Source: Escherichia phage vB_VIPECOTH07. Taken from it: a stretch of DNA of 44,205 nt. Each line of letters starts with the position of its first letter. The stretch's first letter is position 1. The DNA lies in the sequence record PQ417132.1, one strand, 5' to 3'. Of this stretch, positions 42,945 to 44,205 are shown one piece after another. The position numbers were made by a program, and so were the translations under genes. The notes under the pieces are model-generated. The model made no database searches. It had not been told where the DNA came from and was given only the letters and a program-made list of their open reading frames with translations.

Positions 42945-44168
42945 TTAAAGTGCGAAAGTCACCGGGACGTTAATAACTGGTTTGCGAATCGGCATTTCAT
43001 ACGCGATAGGGTATGTGGTTCCATCATTCTGGTGGTCAACACCACCTGATTTATCCGGTTCGCCGTTCTTGTCGTAGGCTTGCTGCTCCAGGCATCGAGC
43101 AGTAACCGGGCAAGCCTGTTCGTTAATCATGACCATACCAGATTCAAGCGCCTTATTCATCGCAGATACGCGGTCTTTAACCGGTGGGTTTGTCGATTTA
43201 GCGCGTACTTCGAAACCGGCCTGCTGTAGCTGGGCGATGTCGGAGGTGCTGGCGTTGTTGCTTTTACGGTTCTTGCCGCTGGCGTCCGGGTACATAACGA
43301 TATAATGGCCCTTACTTTTCCAGCGCTCCGTTATGGCTCGCACTACATCCGGCGTATCGAACATATCAACCAACTCGGCGACAGCGTGCCACACCTTTCC
43401 GCGTTGCACGTAGACTGTGCTCGCCATATGGCCTACGTTAAAATCCTGCCCAATATACAGAGTCTCACCAGGCTTGATTGTTTCGCGACTGCTGTTTTTC
43501 CTGCGGTCGTAAGCGTAGTAGACCGTCCCAGCCGTGAGGTTTACGAACTCGCCGTTGATGTAGGCATCAATCAACTGCCCGGGGTAGGTATCTCGTAAGG
43601 ACTGCACATAATCTTCTGGCAGGAACGGGTTAGACAGGGTGGACGCCTGAATCATCTCGTAACCAGGATTCTTTTTAACAACCCAGCGGTCATGCACGAA
43701 ACGGAATCCTTCCGGCGTAGTGAACACGGAAACGGTATTAGCAGGTTTTGGCGTAATAGGTTTATACGTCCTCGGCAACTGACGGTTACGGGCGATGACT
43801 TTGTTCCATGCGTGCTCCGCGTGTTCCATGTTCAGGGTATCCAACTCGTCGATTTTTGCACGAAATGACTCGTAACCAACGATTCGTGCTGGATTATCTA
43901 ATGTACGCAGGACAAAATCCCCAAATTGACCGGATGACGTATAGATTATGTTGTCGGACTTATTGTATTTGTACCGGATACCCCAGTCCGTCAGCTTCTC
44001 TTCCATACGGGGCGCAAGGATAAGGCGTACCAGGTCATAAGTAGGCTCATACATGGCGATGATAGAATCGCTGCCACCCTCCATGCTGTCCAGTAGCGCG
44101 GAGTTACACATAACCTCTGATTTCCCGGTGCCGAAGCCAGCCACGAACGCAGGGAACTTGCAATGCAT
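42945..44168 (-). CDS. terminase large subunit (N-terminus may extend past window end)
   Basis: Walker A FVAGFGTGKS near N-terminus; nuclease-domain acidic motifs (YIGQDFN, VMYPDASG). Reading frame stays open upstream of ATG 44168 to the window edge. Confidence 0.85.
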   Translation of the reverse strand: MHCKFPAFVAGFGTGKSEVMCNSALLDSMEGGSDSIIAMYEPTYDLVRLILAPRMEEKLTDWGIRYKYNKSDNIIYTSSGQFGDFVLRTLDNPARIVGYESFRAKIDELDTLNMEHAEHAWNKVIARNRQLPRTYKPITPKPANTVSVFTTPEGFRFVHDRWVVKKNPGYEMIQASTLSNPFLPEDYVQSLRDTYPGQLIDAYINGEFVNLTAGTVYYAYDRRKNSSRETIKPGETLYIGQDFNVGHMASTVYVQRGKVWHAVAELVDMFDTPDVVRAITERWKSKGHYIVMYPDASGKNRKSNNASTSDIAQLQQAGFEVRAKSTNPPVKDRVSAMNKALESGMVMINEQACPVTARCLEQQAYDKNGEPDKSGGVDHQNDGTTYPIAYEMPIRKPVINVPVTFAL

Positions 44169-44205
44169 CCCAAGAAATGCGCCTTGAGGTTCCGTTGCCG
44201 TGATA

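Noticed and set aside
1-44205. CRISPR array, integrase or transposase, tRNA genes, reverse transcriptase / diversity-generating retroelement
   Set aside because: No regularly spaced direct repeats, no tyrosine or serine recombinase motifs, no cloverleaf-compatible sequences and no reverse-transcriptase motifs were seen on either strand.

Overview
The window reads as a near-complete, possibly complete, ~44 kb genome of a virulent tailed phage with a lambda-type siphovirus tail module; no integrase or CI-length repressor is visible. Minus strand carries: a promoter-driven array of small genes, a holin / small membrane protein / GH24 endolysin cassette with overlapping reading frames, a second small-gene operon, then (running to the window boundary) small terminase, large terminase, portal, Mu-F-like head morphogenesis protein, Rz/Rz1 spanins, scaffold, major capsid, Ig-like and head-tail joining proteins, major tail protein, tail chaperones with a candidate -1 frameshift, tape measure, distal tail proteins, tail tip protein and a tailspike with sialidase-like Asp-boxes and a C-terminal chaperone-like domain. 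Plus strand carries the replication module (7.4-19.4 kb): AlpA-like HTH, primase-helicase, acidic protein, Cas4-like exonuclease, SSB-like protein, family A DNA polymerase, VRR-NUC nuclease, SF2 helicase, Toprim protein. A lone XRE-family HTH gene sits antisense inside that module. The most interesting signals are (1) a four-gene antisense cassette embedded in the tail module (Imm-like membrane protein, HTH-fused SbcD/Mre11-like metallophosphoesterase, HAD phosphatase, P-loop kinase) with its own promoter and terminator, (2) a promoter family sharing a 14-bp dyad AATAG-N4-CTATT, two copies of which flank the XRE gene, and (3) a shared C-terminal EEDLE tail on several replication proteins. All functional calls come from motif reading by eye; no database search was run. 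Many gene starts were re-placed at ATG/GTG/TTG codons with a Shine-Dalgarno, because the ORF track reports the longest frame.
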